A stretch of 64,000 nt of DNA, taken from NCBI GenBank assembly GCA_964510315.1, contig CAZEAP010000014.1, positions 25,242 through 89,241 of the forward strand, in the 5' to 3' direction. Below, one piece after another: positions 1 to 10,264 of this stretch. The DNA is from an uncultured candidatus Brocadiaceae bacterium. GTDB lineage: Bacteria > Planctomycetota > Brocadiia > SM23-32. Below the pieces are notes generated by a model. The model was not told the origin of the DNA. It made no database searches and worked only from the letters and a program-made list of their open reading frames with translations. How positions within the stretch are numbered: position 1 is the stretch's first letter; every line of letters begins with the position of its first letter. A program made the position numbers and the translations under genes.

Positions 1-314
1 TGGCTCTCCCTGTCGACCGATTCGGCCTTCTCGGCCACCTTGTCCATACGGCCCGGCGCGTCGGGGTCGGGCGGTTGCAGCTCGTCTATGTGCTCGAAGG
101 ACTCGACGGCCGGCCGGACGGGGAAGACTTCCCCCTCGGCGTCCCGCCAGAGAACCCCCCACTCGTCCAGCCATTCCCTCGCCTCCTCCGAGGGCCGGCT
201 CTCGGAGGGCCACGCTCCGCCGTACTGGGTGCCCTCCACCGGCAGGGGGTAGGGCACGCGGGAGGGGTTGCGGCGCTCCAGCACCCGCACGAAGTTTTCC
301 TTCTCGCTGTGCAC
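1..314 (-). CDS. hypothetical protein, 5' (N-terminal) part; CDS runs off the window start. Possibly a uroporphyrinogen-decarboxylase-like fold (tentative)
   Basis: Open frame on the minus strand from a GTG at 314 preceded by GGGAGAG, to the window edge (VHSEKENFVRVLERRNPSRVPYPLPVEG...). In-frame TGA immediately upstream of the GTG. Not in the ORF track because no stop lies inside the window. Confidence 0.4.
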   Translation of the reverse strand, partial: MHSEKENFVRVLERRNPSRVPYPLPVEGTQYGGAWPSESRPSEEAREWLDEWGVLWRDAEGEVFPVRPAVESFEHIDELQPPDPDAPGRMDKVAEKAESVDRES

Positions 315-529
315 TCCAGGTCTCTCCCATCAGGGGTGCGAAGCTCTGTGGAGCGGCAGGATAGCCCCGGCCGGTGTCGGTGTCAAAAGGGATTCGGGCG
401 GCAAAGAGCCTGTTTGGTTGCGGAATTCGGCAAGTACTTTGAAGAGGCCGGCGGCGGGGCGGTAATCTGAGAATTGGGGTGTGCTCCGTCCGGGGCGCCG
501 AGTCCCGAGCCTCTGGGAACCCATATGCC

Positions 530-2299
530 ATGTGGAAACAGCTAAAGAGATTCGCAACGACATATGTCTCCCCGCGGAAATGGACCTTCGCGGGGGTGCA
601 GTTGATGCACGTCGCCGCGGTGGTTCTGCTGCTCCTGCCGCCGCTGTTGATACGGTACGTGTTCGACACCGTGCTGCCGGCCGGGGACTACCGCATGCTG
701 ATGGGGGTCGCCGGTGTCATCGTGGGTCTGTACGCCGTCTGGGCGGTAATCCACGGATTCAAGGAGTACTGGGGGCACGAGGTCGCCCAGCGGATCACCT
801 GGTGGCTGCGGAACGATCTGTACAACCACCTCCAGAAGCTGTCGATGTCGTTCCACGACAGCAAGAAGACCGGCGAGCTGCTCTCGCGACTGGTGGACGA
901 CATCAACGTCATCCAGGAGATCGTCCACCACGGGCCCGAGACCATCATCATCGGCGTGGTGACCGTTACCGTCACCGGCGGCATCATGCTCTGGCTGAAC
1001 TGGCGGATGGCGATCGTCGCCATGGCCATCGCCCCTATCCTCGTCATCTATGCCCGCCACTGGATGGGGCGGATGCTGCGGCAGTTCCGCCAGGTGCGCA
1101 AGAAGAAGGCCTCCCTCTCGGACGTGCTGGAGGAGAACCTGGCCGGCATACGTGTCATCAAGGCGTTCGTCGGCGAGGAGAGGGAGCTGGACGCGGTCAG
1201 CGACGCCAACCAGAGTCATTACAGCTCCCGGATGGGGGCCATCCGCTACATCGCCACTCTCTTTCCCGGCGCCCTCCTGCTGAACAACATCGGCCTGGCC
1301 ATGGTGCTGTTCTACGGCGGCTACCTGTACATGGAAGACCTGGCCACCATAGGAACCCTGACCGCCTACCTTCTGCTGCTGCAGCACTTCTTCCACCCCA
1401 TCATGCGGACCATCATGATGCTGGAGAGGGCGGGACGCTTTTTCGCCGGCATCGAGCGGTTTTTCGATTACATGGACATCGAGCCGGACATCCGGGACGT
1501 GCCCGACGCAAAAGAGCTGGAAGAATGCAGGGGAAAGATGGTACTGGAGAACGTTCATTTCAAGTACGAGAGCGAGCAGGTCCTCCGGGGCATCAACCTG
1601 ACCGGCTACCCCGGGCAGATGGTGGCGCTCGTCGGGCCGAGCGGCGCCGGGAAGACCACCATCACCCGTCTCATCCCGCGCTTCTACGATCCGCAGGAAG
1701 GCCGGGTGCTGATCGACGGGCGCGACGTGCGCGAGTTGCGCCTGCGCTCCCTCCGCGCCCACATCGGCATCGTGATGCAGGACGACTTCCTGTTCTCAGG
1801 AACCGTGGCGGAGAACATCGGTTACGGCCGGCCCGGGGCCGACCGGGAGGAGATCCTCCGCGCCGCGCGGCTCGCCAACGCCGCTCCCTTCGTGCAGGAG
1901 ATGGCCGACGGCTACGACACGGAGATAGGGAAACGCGGCGTGAAGCTCTCGGAAGGTCAACGCCAGCGCATCTCCATCGCCCGGGCGCTGCTGAAAAACC
2001 CCCAGATCCTCATCCTCGACGAAGCGACCTCGTCGGTGGACACCGAGACCGAACTGCTCATCCAGGAAGCCGTTGATCGGCTGCGGGAGGGGCGCACCAC
2101 CTTTGCCATCGCCCACCGCCTGTCCACCATACTCAGCGCCGACCAGATACTGTTCGTCTCCCGGGGGCGTATCGTCGAGAGCGGAACCCACCAGGAACTG
2201 ATGGAGCTGGACGGGGAGTACGCCCGCTTCTACAACATCCAGTTCAGCCAGATCGAACCCGCGCGGGGCGAGCAGCGGACTCCCACGGCCCGTTCCTGA
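530..2299 (+). CDS. ABC transporter ATP-binding/permease fusion (MsbA-like lipid/multidrug exporter)
   Basis: Six predicted TM helices, then an NBD with Walker A GPSGAGKTT, ABC signature LSEGQRQR and Walker B ILILDEATS. ATG at 530 (MWKQLKR) chosen over the upstream in-frame ATG at 479. Confidence 0.85.
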   Translation: MWKQLKRFATTYVSPRKWTFAGVQLMHVAAVVLLLLPPLLIRYVFDTVLPAGDYRMLMGVAGVIVGLYAVWAVIHGFKEYWGHEVAQRITWWLRNDLYNHLQKLSMSFHDSKKTGELLSRLVDDINVIQEIVHHGPETIIIGVVTVTVTGGIMLWLNWRMAIVAMAIAPILVIYARHWMGRMLRQFRQVRKKKASLSDVLEENLAGIRVIKAFVGEERELDAVSDANQSHYSSRMGAIRYIATLFPGALLLNNIGLAMVLFYGGYLYMEDLATIGTLTAYLLLLQHFFHPIMRTIMMLERAGRFFAGIERFFDYMDIEPDIRDVPDAKELEECRGKMVLENVHFKYESEQVLRGINLTGYPGQMVALVGPSGAGKTTITRLIPRFYDPQEGRVLIDGRDVRELRLRSLRAHIGIVMQDDFLFSGTVAENIGYGRPGADREEILRAARLANAAPFVQEMADGYDTEIGKRGVKLSEGQRQRISIARALLKNPQILILDEATSSVDTETELLIQEAVDRLREGRTTFAIAHRLSTILSADQILFVSRGRIVESGTHQELMELDGEYARFYNIQFSQIEPARGEQRTPTARS

Positions 2300-2332
2300 T
2301 ACCCTGCCGGGCGCTCGGGTTCTACAGCCGTT

Positions 2333-4036
2333 TCAGTCGGCCCCTTCCCGCCGCAGCACTCGCCTGGCCAACGGGTTGTCCGGGTCCACCCGAAGCAGGT
2401 CCCGCGCCGCGCGGCGAACCTCTCCCGGATGGCCGAGGTGGCTCAGCGCGATCACCCGCCGCTCCAGCAGACGCCTGGAGATTACCCCGTTCGCCACGGC
2501 ACGCTCGGTGGCCGCCAGGGCGTCCCGCGGCCGCCCCATCTCCAGGTAAATTCCGGACAGTCGTTCGGGGAAGACCGCCTGCCGGGGGAAACGCCGCACC
2601 CCCTGCTGGAGCATCTCCGCCGCCTCCTCCAGCCGCCCGCAGCGGGCGAGCGCAGCGGCATTGGCCAGGTAGTCGGTCGGCCTGATCCGCAGGTAGGCAT
2701 ACCCCGTCCCCCCGGGTGCACGGGGCCAGAACACGCCCGTGAGCAGCGCGGCCAGGGCGACCGATAGGGCCAACGTGCGCCACCGCCGCCGCAGCAGACT
2801 CCGGCGCAGCACGACGACGGCGCCGCCCCCGAACACCGCAAGCACACCGAGGAAGGGCAGTTTATATCTGCCGGCCACCAGCGCCACGATGATGGAGGCC
2901 GCGAAGGCGCCCCCGAATACGTAGAGAGGCAGCAGACGGCGCCAGTCGCGCGCGGTCAGAACCACCCCCAGGAAGCCGAGAACGTAGAACAAAAGCGGAC
3001 CGAAGGTGCAGAATTTCAGCGACCGGACGCGCTGGCGCGCGAAGTCGTAATTGCCGTTGTTCGGCACGTGCCAGGCGTTGAAGAACAGCAGCGTCTTGCG
3101 GGCCAGGGCGCCCACCAGCGAGAGAGGTTGTTCCCTCAACTCACGCCCCAACCGCTTCAGCCAGTGGGGGCCGTCTCGGAAGGAGTGGTCGTGCTTGAAG
3201 CCGGGCGGATAGGTGAACGTGCCCGGCGCTCCCGGCGTGTTGCCCAGGTACAGCACCAGGGGGCCGTTGGCGTTGACCGTCCAGGACCCGTGCATCAGCC
3301 CGTTGCGGAGCACCGCCGGCGCGAGCGGCAGGGAACAGCCCGCCAGCAGGAGCGCCGCCGCTCCGAGACGCCGCCATCTGCCCCTGAAGAACGGCAGCCC
3401 CACCAGTGCGCAGAGTGCGGCAACGGGCAGCAGATTGCTGCTCCTTCCCAGACAGGCCAACCCGAAAAGGATGCCCGGCAGCAGCCAGAGCCATGCGGCC
3501 AGCCGCTCCTCGGGGCCCTCCCCTTCCAAAAGCTCCACCACAAGCCACAATCCGGCCAGAAGGAAGGCAGCCACGGGCACGTCGCCCAGCAGCATGGCCT
3601 CCACCGAAAGCTGGGCTCCGTTGAGGGCCATCAGGAGGCCGGCCGCCAGCCCACCCCACCAGCCGAAGAAGCGCCGGCCGATGCCCGCCGCACAAACCGC
3701 CGCGCCCACCCCCAGCAGGCCGTTCATGACGATGCCCGCCGTCACGTTCCCCGAACCGGCCACCAGGTAGACCAGCGCCAGGAGGTAAGGGCAAAGTGGC
3801 GCCCGGAAGAACAACCCCCTTCCCCGGGCGAGCACGTCACCCTCCACTATGCTCTGCGCCCACACGTTGTAGGCGTGCTGGTCGAACCCCTCGGCGGTGA
3901 ACCGGTAGAAGGGCAGGACGTGGAGAAGCTCGGCGAAGAATATCAGCCGGATGAGCACGGCCGCCGCGGCCACGATGGCGAACAGGGCTATCCACCGCCG
4001 CCGCGAGCTGACCGGGCCATCGGGCTGTTCCGGCAT
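2333..4036 (-). CDS. Family 39 glycosyltransferase (ArnT/PMT-like polytopic membrane GT) with C-terminal TPR-like region
   Basis: Multi-TM N-terminal 400 aa with the hydrophobic pattern typical of dolichyl/undecaprenyl-phosphate sugar transferases. C-terminal soluble helical repeats (GRPRDALAATERAVANG...). Confidence 0.65.
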   Translation of the reverse strand: MPEQPDGPVSSRRRWIALFAIVAAAAVLIRLIFFAELLHVLPFYRFTAEGFDQHAYNVWAQSIVEGDVLARGRGLFFRAPLCPYLLALVYLVAGSGNVTAGIVMNGLLGVGAAVCAAGIGRRFFGWWGGLAAGLLMALNGAQLSVEAMLLGDVPVAAFLLAGLWLVVELLEGEGPEERLAAWLWLLPGILFGLACLGRSSNLLPVAALCALVGLPFFRGRWRRLGAAALLLAGCSLPLAPAVLRNGLMHGSWTVNANGPLVLYLGNTPGAPGTFTYPPGFKHDHSFRDGPHWLKRLGRELREQPLSLVGALARKTLLFFNAWHVPNNGNYDFARQRVRSLKFCTFGPLLFYVLGFLGVVLTARDWRRLLPLYVFGGAFAASIIVALVAGRYKLPFLGVLAVFGGGAVVVLRRSLLRRRWRTLALSVALAALLTGVFWPRAPGGTGYAYLRIRPTDYLANAAALARCGRLEEAAEMLQQGVRRFPRQAVFPERLSGIYLEMGRPRDALAATERAVANGVISRRLLERRVIALSHLGHPGEVRRAARDLLRVDPDNPLARRVLRREGAD

Positions 4037-4131
4037 CGATTCCCCTTTCGGCGCCGTAGGGGGGCCGCTCCGTTGCGGAGCGCAGCTTAATCTCTGCCCC
4101 TCCCTCTATCAAGGCTCGACCATTTGACGCC

Positions 4132-5490
4132 GTGCCCCCGCTGGCCTATCTTGCGGATGACACCGCGCTCTTCAGGGAGATTCTCGACATGGCCCCGACG
4201 GTAAGACGACCTGCTCAGCCGGACGTTCCGGTGCTGCACGAAGTCGACGTCATAGTTGTGGGCGGCGGGCCGGGAGGGATCGGCGCCGCCGTGGCCGCCG
4301 CCCGGCAGGGCGCCTCCACGCTGCTTTGCGAGCAATACGGGTTCCTCGGCGGGATGGCCACCGCCGGATTGGTCAACCCCTTCATGCCGAACCATCTGGA
4401 CGGGGAGTGGTTGGACTCCGGCGTCTTCACCGACTGGCTGGAGGTTATGGACGAGATGGGAGGGCTGTCCGACGACGGCCGGACATTCTGCCACGAGACG
4501 GCGAAGCTGGCCGCCGAGAAGCTCTGTCTGGACGCCGGGGTCGAGCTGCTCTACCACGTCCGGCTCGACGTCCCCCTGATGACCGGACCTCGCATCAACT
4601 CCGTGGTGATGCTCGGAAAAAGCGGGCTCACCGCGCACCGCGCCGAGGTCTACGTGGACGCCACGGGCGACGCCGACCTGGCCGCGCGCGCCGGCTGCGA
4701 ATACACGTTCGGCCGGCCGGAGGACCAGCAGGCGCAGGCCATGACCACCTGCTTCGACCTGGCCGGGGTGGAGCCCGAACGGATGCCCGACGGGCAAACG
4801 ATCAACGCCCTCTACGATACGGCCCGGGAGGAAGGGCGGCTGGAGTGCCCCCGCCAAAACGTTCTGTGGTTCAGGAGCGTCGAGAAGGACCGCATCCACT
4901 TCAACACCACCCGGATTCTCCGGCACAAGGCCACCGACACGCTCTCCCTCTCCGAGGCCGAGATGGAGGGCCGCCGCCAGGTGCTGGACTACCTGAGATT
5001 CCTGCGCCGGGACGTGGCCGGCTTCGAGAATGCACGGCTGCACGCCATCGCGGTGAATGTCGGCGTTCGAGAGTCCCGGCACGTCCGAGGCCACGCTTTG
5101 CTGACCCGTGAGGACTTCGAGGACGCCGCCAAGTTCCCCGACGGCATCTGTCGGGTCAACTACCCCATCGATATCCACAGCCCCACCGGCGGCGACACCG
5201 AGCACGCACACCTGCCGAAAGGCGAGTGGTACGAGATTCCCTACGGCTGCCTCGTCGCGCGCGACTGTGACAACCTGCTGGTCGGCGGACGGCCGATCAG
5301 CGTGGACCACGCCGTCCACAGTTCGATGCGGGTGATGCCGCCGGCCTGCACGGTGGGCCAGGCCGCCGGGACGGCCGCCGCGATGGCCGTCGAAAGCGGC
5401 GTCCCGCCGGCCGAGATCGACGGCCGGGACGTGCGCCGCAGCCTGATCGAGCAGGGCGTCTGGCTGGACGAGGTCGCGCGCTCCACCTGA
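4132..5490 (+). CDS. FAD-dependent oxidoreductase
   Basis: Rossmann dinucleotide motif VIVVGGGPGGIGAAVAAARQG close to the N-terminus. Start may be the internal ATG at 4189. Confidence 0.75.
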   Translation: MPPLAYLADDTALFREILDMAPTVRRPAQPDVPVLHEVDVIVVGGGPGGIGAAVAAARQGASTLLCEQYGFLGGMATAGLVNPFMPNHLDGEWLDSGVFTDWLEVMDEMGGLSDDGRTFCHETAKLAAEKLCLDAGVELLYHVRLDVPLMTGPRINSVVMLGKSGLTAHRAEVYVDATGDADLAARAGCEYTFGRPEDQQAQAMTTCFDLAGVEPERMPDGQTINALYDTAREEGRLECPRQNVLWFRSVEKDRIHFNTTRILRHKATDTLSLSEAEMEGRRQVLDYLRFLRRDVAGFENARLHAIAVNVGVRESRHVRGHALLTREDFEDAAKFPDGICRVNYPIDIHSPTGGDTEHAHLPKGEWYEIPYGCLVARDCDNLLVGGRPISVDHAVHSSMRVMPPACTVGQAAGTAAAMAVESGVPPAEIDGRDVRRSLIEQGVWLDEVARST

Positions 5491-5566
5491 GGGGGCGGGA
5501 AGGTTCGGCGGTTCGACCGGAGAGGACTATAATCACGGTTCTCGTCCCCGCAGGAGGAAACGCGGC

Positions 5567-6628
5567 GTGCTTGAACGTTGCCTCGATGACCTTGAAGCCC
5601 GGATCGACCCGGAGGTCGAGCGGGACATCCACCGGCGGTGGGTGGAGTTCACCGACGGGGACTTCGAGGGGGACGTCTTCAGCCCCGGCAGGCCGGAGCC
5701 GGCTCCACCGGCGGTGGAATGGCCGAAGGTCCCTGTGAACCGCGCGATCGAGGACTTCGACGCGATGGCGCTCGGCCAGCTTGCCGGCTGCTCCCGCGTG
5801 CTGGCGGAGGCCGGTGGCTCCCTGCTGTGCGTGCGCTGCAACTACGGCACCGGCATCCTGCCATCGCTCTTCGGAGCCGAGTTGTTCATGATGCCGGAGG
5901 AGACCAACACGCTGCCCACGGTCCGTCCCCTGGAAGGCGGCGCGGACGCGGTTCGGGAGCTGCTGGACCGCGGCGTACCCGACCTCACGGCCGGCCTCGG
6001 GGGGCAGGTCTTCCGCATGGCCGAACGGTTCCTGGAGATTGGGCGGGCCCGGCCGAAGGTCAGCGAACACGTCCACCTCTATCACCCCGACACTCAGGGC
6101 CCGATGGACGTCTGCGAGCTGCTCTGGGGGAGCGGACTGTTCACCGCCATCGTGGACGAGCCGGCGCTGGTGCAGGCACTGCTGGAGCTGGTCACCGAGA
6201 CCTACGTTCGCTTCATGAGGAGGTGGGAGGCGCTCGTGCCGTTCGAGAACGGCCACAACCCCCACTGGGGCCTGATGCACGGGGGGCGGATCATGCTGAG
6301 GGACGACTCGGCGATGAACTTCTCACCGGAGATGTTCCGCGAGTTCATCCGGCCTTACGACCAGCGCCTGCTGGAGGAGTTCGGCGGCGGGGCCGTGCAC
6401 TTCTGCGGCAGGGGCGATCACTACATCGATCAGGTCGCCGGGATGCGGGGCGTTTACGCCGTAAACCTCTCGCAGCCGACGTACAACGAGATGGAGCGCA
6501 TATTCCGACATACCGTGGACAGGGAGATCAACATCATCGGCCTGCCGGCCGAAGCGGCCCGCCAGGCCGTGGAGCGCGGCCGAGATTTGAGAGGGCGCGT
6601 TCACGCGACCGCCGGCCCCGTCCCTTGA
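5567..6628 (+). CDS. hypothetical protein (possible URO-D/MtaA-like fold)
   Basis: GTG start after a GGAGGAAACG RBS-like stretch. Coherent codon usage. HFCGRGDHYIDQVAGMRGVYAVNLS segment loosely resembles the HxCG region of the uroporphyrinogen decarboxylase family. Confidence 0.5.
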   Translation: MLERCLDDLEARIDPEVERDIHRRWVEFTDGDFEGDVFSPGRPEPAPPAVEWPKVPVNRAIEDFDAMALGQLAGCSRVLAEAGGSLLCVRCNYGTGILPSLFGAELFMMPEETNTLPTVRPLEGGADAVRELLDRGVPDLTAGLGGQVFRMAERFLEIGRARPKVSEHVHLYHPDTQGPMDVCELLWGSGLFTAIVDEPALVQALLELVTETYVRFMRRWEALVPFENGHNPHWGLMHGGRIMLRDDSAMNFSPEMFREFIRPYDQRLLEEFGGGAVHFCGRGDHYIDQVAGMRGVYAVNLSQPTYNEMERIFRHTVDREINIIGLPAEAARQAVERGRDLRGRVHATAGPVP

Positions 6629-6657
6629 GCGCCCCAAAACCGCCCGGGAGAAAGAAG

Positions 6658-8184
6658 ATGAGCACCGACGCAGAACCCGCAGGACGGCCGTCCTCCGCCG
6701 GATCCGCCCCGGACCGGCCCAACATCGTCCTCATCCTCGCGGACGACCTCGGCTGGTCCGACATCGGTTGCTACGGCGCCGAGGTCCGGACCCCCAACAT
6801 CGACGGGCTGGCCGAGGACGGCGTCAGCTTCACCCAGTTCTACAACACCGGCAAGTGCTTCCCCTCCCGCGCCTGCGCGCTGACCGGCGTCTACGCCCAG
6901 CAGTGCGGCATGGGCCGGCGACACGGGGTGATAGAGAACGCCGTCACGCTGGGCGAAGTCCTCCGCACCGCCGGATACCGCACCCTGTGGTCGGGCAAGC
7001 ACCACGGAACGGAGAACCCCGTGAACCGCGGGTTCGACCACTTCTATGGGCTCCGGGACGGGGCCTGCAATTACTTCAACCCCGGCTATCAGCGGGAGGG
7101 AGAGCCCAAACCGGCCCAGAAACGCTACGGTAAGCGCTTCTGGTGCATCGACGGGGAAACCTATCAGCCCTACACTCCCGAAGTCGACGACTTCTACACC
7201 ACGGACTACTTTACGAAATACGCATTGGATTGGCTGGACGAAGGGGAGGGAGACGAGCGGCCGTTTTTCCTCTACCTCGCCTACAACGCCCCGCACGATC
7301 CACTGCAGGCCTGGCCGGAGGACATCCGCCGATACGAGGGCCGCTACGAGGTGGGCTACGCCGAGGTCCGGCGCGCCCGCTACCGGCGGCAGCTCGAGGC
7401 GGGGCTCATCGAGGAGGAAACCGCCCCGCTCTCGGAGCGGGAGCACCCGCTTTGGGAGGAGCTGGACGCGGAGGAGCGCGCCACCGAGGCCCGACGGATG
7501 GCCGTCTATGCCGCCATGATCGACCGGATGGATCGCAACATCGGGAAGGTTTTGGACAAGGTCCGCGAACTGGGTGAGGAGGAGAACACCCTCGTCCTGT
7601 TCTGCTCCGACAACGGCGCCTCGGCGGAGGTCGTGCGGAAGGGCTCCGGCCCCATAGGTTCCATCACCCGCTGGGCGTCGCTCCGGCAGCCCTGGGCCAA
7701 CGTCGCGAACGCGCCCCTGCGCAAGTACAAGAACTGGAGCCACGAAGGCGGGGTCTGCACGCCGCTGGTAGCCCGCTGGCCGGCCGGGATTGCGGAGGCG
7801 GGACGTCTCTCCCGGCACGTCGGGCACTTCATCGACTTCATGGCGACATTCATCGACATGACCGGTGCGGACTACCCGTCCCGGTTCAACGCTCAGGACA
7901 TCGTGCCCCTCCAGGGGCGGAGCTTCCTGCCGGCTCTGCGCGGCAAAGAGCCGCCGCCGCGGGACGAGGTCTTCTGGCAGTGGGGCAAGGGCAGGGCCGT
8001 TCGGCGCGGCAGGTGGAAGCTGGTGAGCTGGCGGGGCGACTGGGAACTCTACGACATGGAGCGGGACCGCACCGAAACGAACGACCTCGCCGGGGAGAAC
8101 GCCGCCCTGGTGAAGGACATGTCGCGGACGTGGCACCAGTGGTATGCGACCTGCTATCCGGGGGACACCTACCCCGAGGACTGA
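6658..8184 (+). CDS. arylsulfatase-family sulfatase (formylglycine-dependent)
   Basis: LILADDLGWSDIGCYG metal-binding N-terminus and CFPSRACALTG (C-x-P-S-R formylglycine motif). ATG at 6658 after GGGAGAAAGAAG. This is the real gene inside the longer alternative-start ORF 5638..8184. Confidence 0.85.
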   Translation: MSTDAEPAGRPSSAGSAPDRPNIVLILADDLGWSDIGCYGAEVRTPNIDGLAEDGVSFTQFYNTGKCFPSRACALTGVYAQQCGMGRRHGVIENAVTLGEVLRTAGYRTLWSGKHHGTENPVNRGFDHFYGLRDGACNYFNPGYQREGEPKPAQKRYGKRFWCIDGETYQPYTPEVDDFYTTDYFTKYALDWLDEGEGDERPFFLYLAYNAPHDPLQAWPEDIRRYEGRYEVGYAEVRRARYRRQLEAGLIEEETAPLSEREHPLWEELDAEERATEARRMAVYAAMIDRMDRNIGKVLDKVRELGEEENTLVLFCSDNGASAEVVRKGSGPIGSITRWASLRQPWANVANAPLRKYKNWSHEGGVCTPLVARWPAGIAEAGRLSRHVGHFIDFMATFIDMTGADYPSRFNAQDIVPLQGRSFLPALRGKEPPPRDEVFWQWGKGRAVRRGRWKLVSWRGDWELYDMERDRTETNDLAGENAALVKDMSRTWHQWYATCYPGDTYPED

Positions 8185-8357
8185 CGGCGCGCCGGGGGGC
8201 CGGCTTGTAGCGCGCGTACCCATGAGCGCCGGTCAGTACGTCCGCACCGGCGGCCGGATCTGTGCGCTGCTCCGGCACCTGCCGACCTGCGTGACCTTGT
8301 GCCGACGGTGGACGTCGCGCAGAATGGACGGGGAGCAACGGACAGTCCGGAGGTAAC

Positions 8358-9602
8358 ATGTCGATCGGCACGTCGGACAGGAAGATACTGCGCGACCTGG
8401 CGAAGCAGGTCCGTGACATCGCCGCTCTTCCCGTCATGGAGGAGCGCCGCCAACTCTGGCGCCGTCACAACGCCCTCCGGCCCCTCCGCCCGATGATCCT
8501 GGTTTTCCCCGAGGGCGGATGGGGCGAGCTGATCACCGACCGGGACATGCGCTGCAGCGGCGAGCGGGCCCGGGGCATTGAATGGAACCTGCGGACGCGC
8601 ATCTACTACCACGAGAATCTGGACGACGACACGGTGATCGAGGGCGACTTCATCCTCCACAGGGTAGTCCGCAGCACCGGGTGGGGGCTGGAGGCCCGCT
8701 ACGAGCCGAGCACCGAAGAGCGGGGCGCGTGGGCCTTCGATCCGGTGCTGGTGGAGCCGGAAGACCTGGAGAAACTCCAGCTCCCCGAGATCCACTGCGA
8801 CGAGGAAGCCACCCGGCGCAGGCTGCGGGAAGCCGAGGAGCTGCTGGGCGATATCCTGGAGGTCAGGCTCAAAGGCGTGGACTGTGTCTCCTTCCACCTC
8901 ATGGCCCAGCTCTGCAGGCTGCACGGCCTGAAGGAGACGATGATGGACATGGCCGCCCGGCCGGGGTTCGTCCACGATGCGATGGCCATCCTGGAGGAAG
9001 GCCACCGGCGCCGCGTGGAGCAGTATCAGGCACTCGGTCTGCTGGACCTCAACAACGACGGGACCTATCACTCCTCCGGTGGCGTCGGCTATACCGACGA
9101 GCTGCCCGCCGACGATTTTGACGGCGAGCACGTGAGGCCCTGCGACATGTGGGGCTCCGCCGAGGCGCAGGAACTGGCGGGGGTCTCCCCGGACATGCAC
9201 GAGGAGTTCTCCCTGGCCTACGAGAAACGGCTGCTGGAGCCCTTTGGGCTCAACGGTTACGGCTGCTGCGAGGACCTCACCCGGAAGCTAAATTACGTGC
9301 TGGAAATCCCCAACATTCGCCGCATCTCCATCTCGCCTTTCGCCGACGTGGAGGAGTGCGCCGAGAAGCTCAGGGGCGATTACATCCTCTCCTGGAAGCC
9401 GCATCCGGCCCATCTCTGCGGCGAGTTCAACCCGGAGCGGATACGCCGATACATCGCCCAGGCGCTGGAGGCGGCCCGGCGCCACGGCTGCGTTCTGGAG
9501 ATGATCCTGAAGGACACCCACACCTGCGATCAGCAGCCGGAGCGCTTCACCCGGTGGACCGGGATAGTCCGCGAACTGGTCAAGCAGACGGCGGCCGCGT
9601 GA
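8358..9602 (+). CDS. hypothetical protein
   Basis: 414-aa ORF with a clean start, in the same orientation as the sulfatase. No motif I can name confidently. Confidence 0.5.
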   Translation: MSIGTSDRKILRDLAKQVRDIAALPVMEERRQLWRRHNALRPLRPMILVFPEGGWGELITDRDMRCSGERARGIEWNLRTRIYYHENLDDDTVIEGDFILHRVVRSTGWGLEARYEPSTEERGAWAFDPVLVEPEDLEKLQLPEIHCDEEATRRRLREAEELLGDILEVRLKGVDCVSFHLMAQLCRLHGLKETMMDMAARPGFVHDAMAILEEGHRRRVEQYQALGLLDLNNDGTYHSSGGVGYTDELPADDFDGEHVRPCDMWGSAEAQELAGVSPDMHEEFSLAYEKRLLEPFGLNGYGCCEDLTRKLNYVLEIPNIRRISISPFADVEECAEKLRGDYILSWKPHPAHLCGEFNPERIRRYIAQALEAARRHGCVLEMILKDTHTCDQQPERFTRWTGIVRELVKQTAAA

Positions 9603-9644
9603 TGCCGGAGCGGACCCGGTGCCGGCCGCCCGGAAGGGGCTGCG

Positions 9645-10208
9645 ATGCCGCGCCACAACTACCCATGGTGGTCGCATTATGCGTGGGAGAATCCCCTGCG
9701 CCGCCTGGTGCAGCGGCCCGAGCCCATCCTGGCGCCTTACCTGAGCCCGGGGATGGCCTGCCTGGAGATCGGCTGCGGCATCGGCTATTTCACCATTCCC
9801 GCGGCGCGCGCGGTGGGCCCAGAGGGGGAACTTGTCGCCCTGGACGTCGACCCGAAGTTGCTGGAGGTGGTCAGGCGGCGGGCCCGAAGGGCCTTCGGCG
9901 ACGGGCGCGTGGAGCCGATCCTCTGCGCCGCCGAAGAGCTGGACCTGGATCGGTCCGTGGACTTCGTGCTGGCCGTATGGTCACTGCACGAACTGGATGA
10001 GCCATCCGAAGCGGCCCGCCGGATACTGCGCGCCATGAAACCGGGCGCCCGCATGCTGGTGGCCGAGCCGAAGGTGCACGTCCGGCGGCGGCGGTTCGAG
10101 GAGATGGTGAGGCTCTTCGGTCGCGCGGGGTTCCGCAGGACCGACGCTTTGAAGGTCGGCTGGAGCCACGCCTGCCTGCTGCGCAAACCGAACGAACGCA
10201 CTTGCTAA
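9645..10208 (+). CDS. class I SAM-dependent methyltransferase
   Basis: Motif I LEIGCGIGYFT followed by an acidic motif II (VALDVD). Confidence 0.7.
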   Translation: MPRHNYPWWSHYAWENPLRRLVQRPEPILAPYLSPGMACLEIGCGIGYFTIPAARAVGPEGELVALDVDPKLLEVVRRRARRAFGDGRVEPILCAAEELDLDRSVDFVLAVWSLHELDEPSEAARRILRAMKPGARMLVAEPKVHVRRRRFEEMVRLFGRAGFRRTDALKVGWSHACLLRKPNERTC

Positions 10209-10264
10209 GCGGGCCGGCTTTGGGGAGAATCGCCCCCTCTTCTCACTTCTGGCGAGGACACCGA

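Noticed and set aside
481-2076. Long alternative-frame ORFs (481..2076 +, 542..1762 -, 688..1047 -) overlapping the ABC transporter gene
   Set aside because: Arg/Gly/Pro/Ala-rich low-complexity translations typical of off-frame reading in about 68% GC DNA. The in-frame product has clear ABC motifs.
5638-6657. N-terminal 340 codons of the 848-aa ORF 5638..8184
   Set aside because: Sulfatase homology begins only at the ATG at 6658 (with RBS). The upstream part overlaps the 5567..6628 gene in another frame and is Arg/Gly-rich nonsense.
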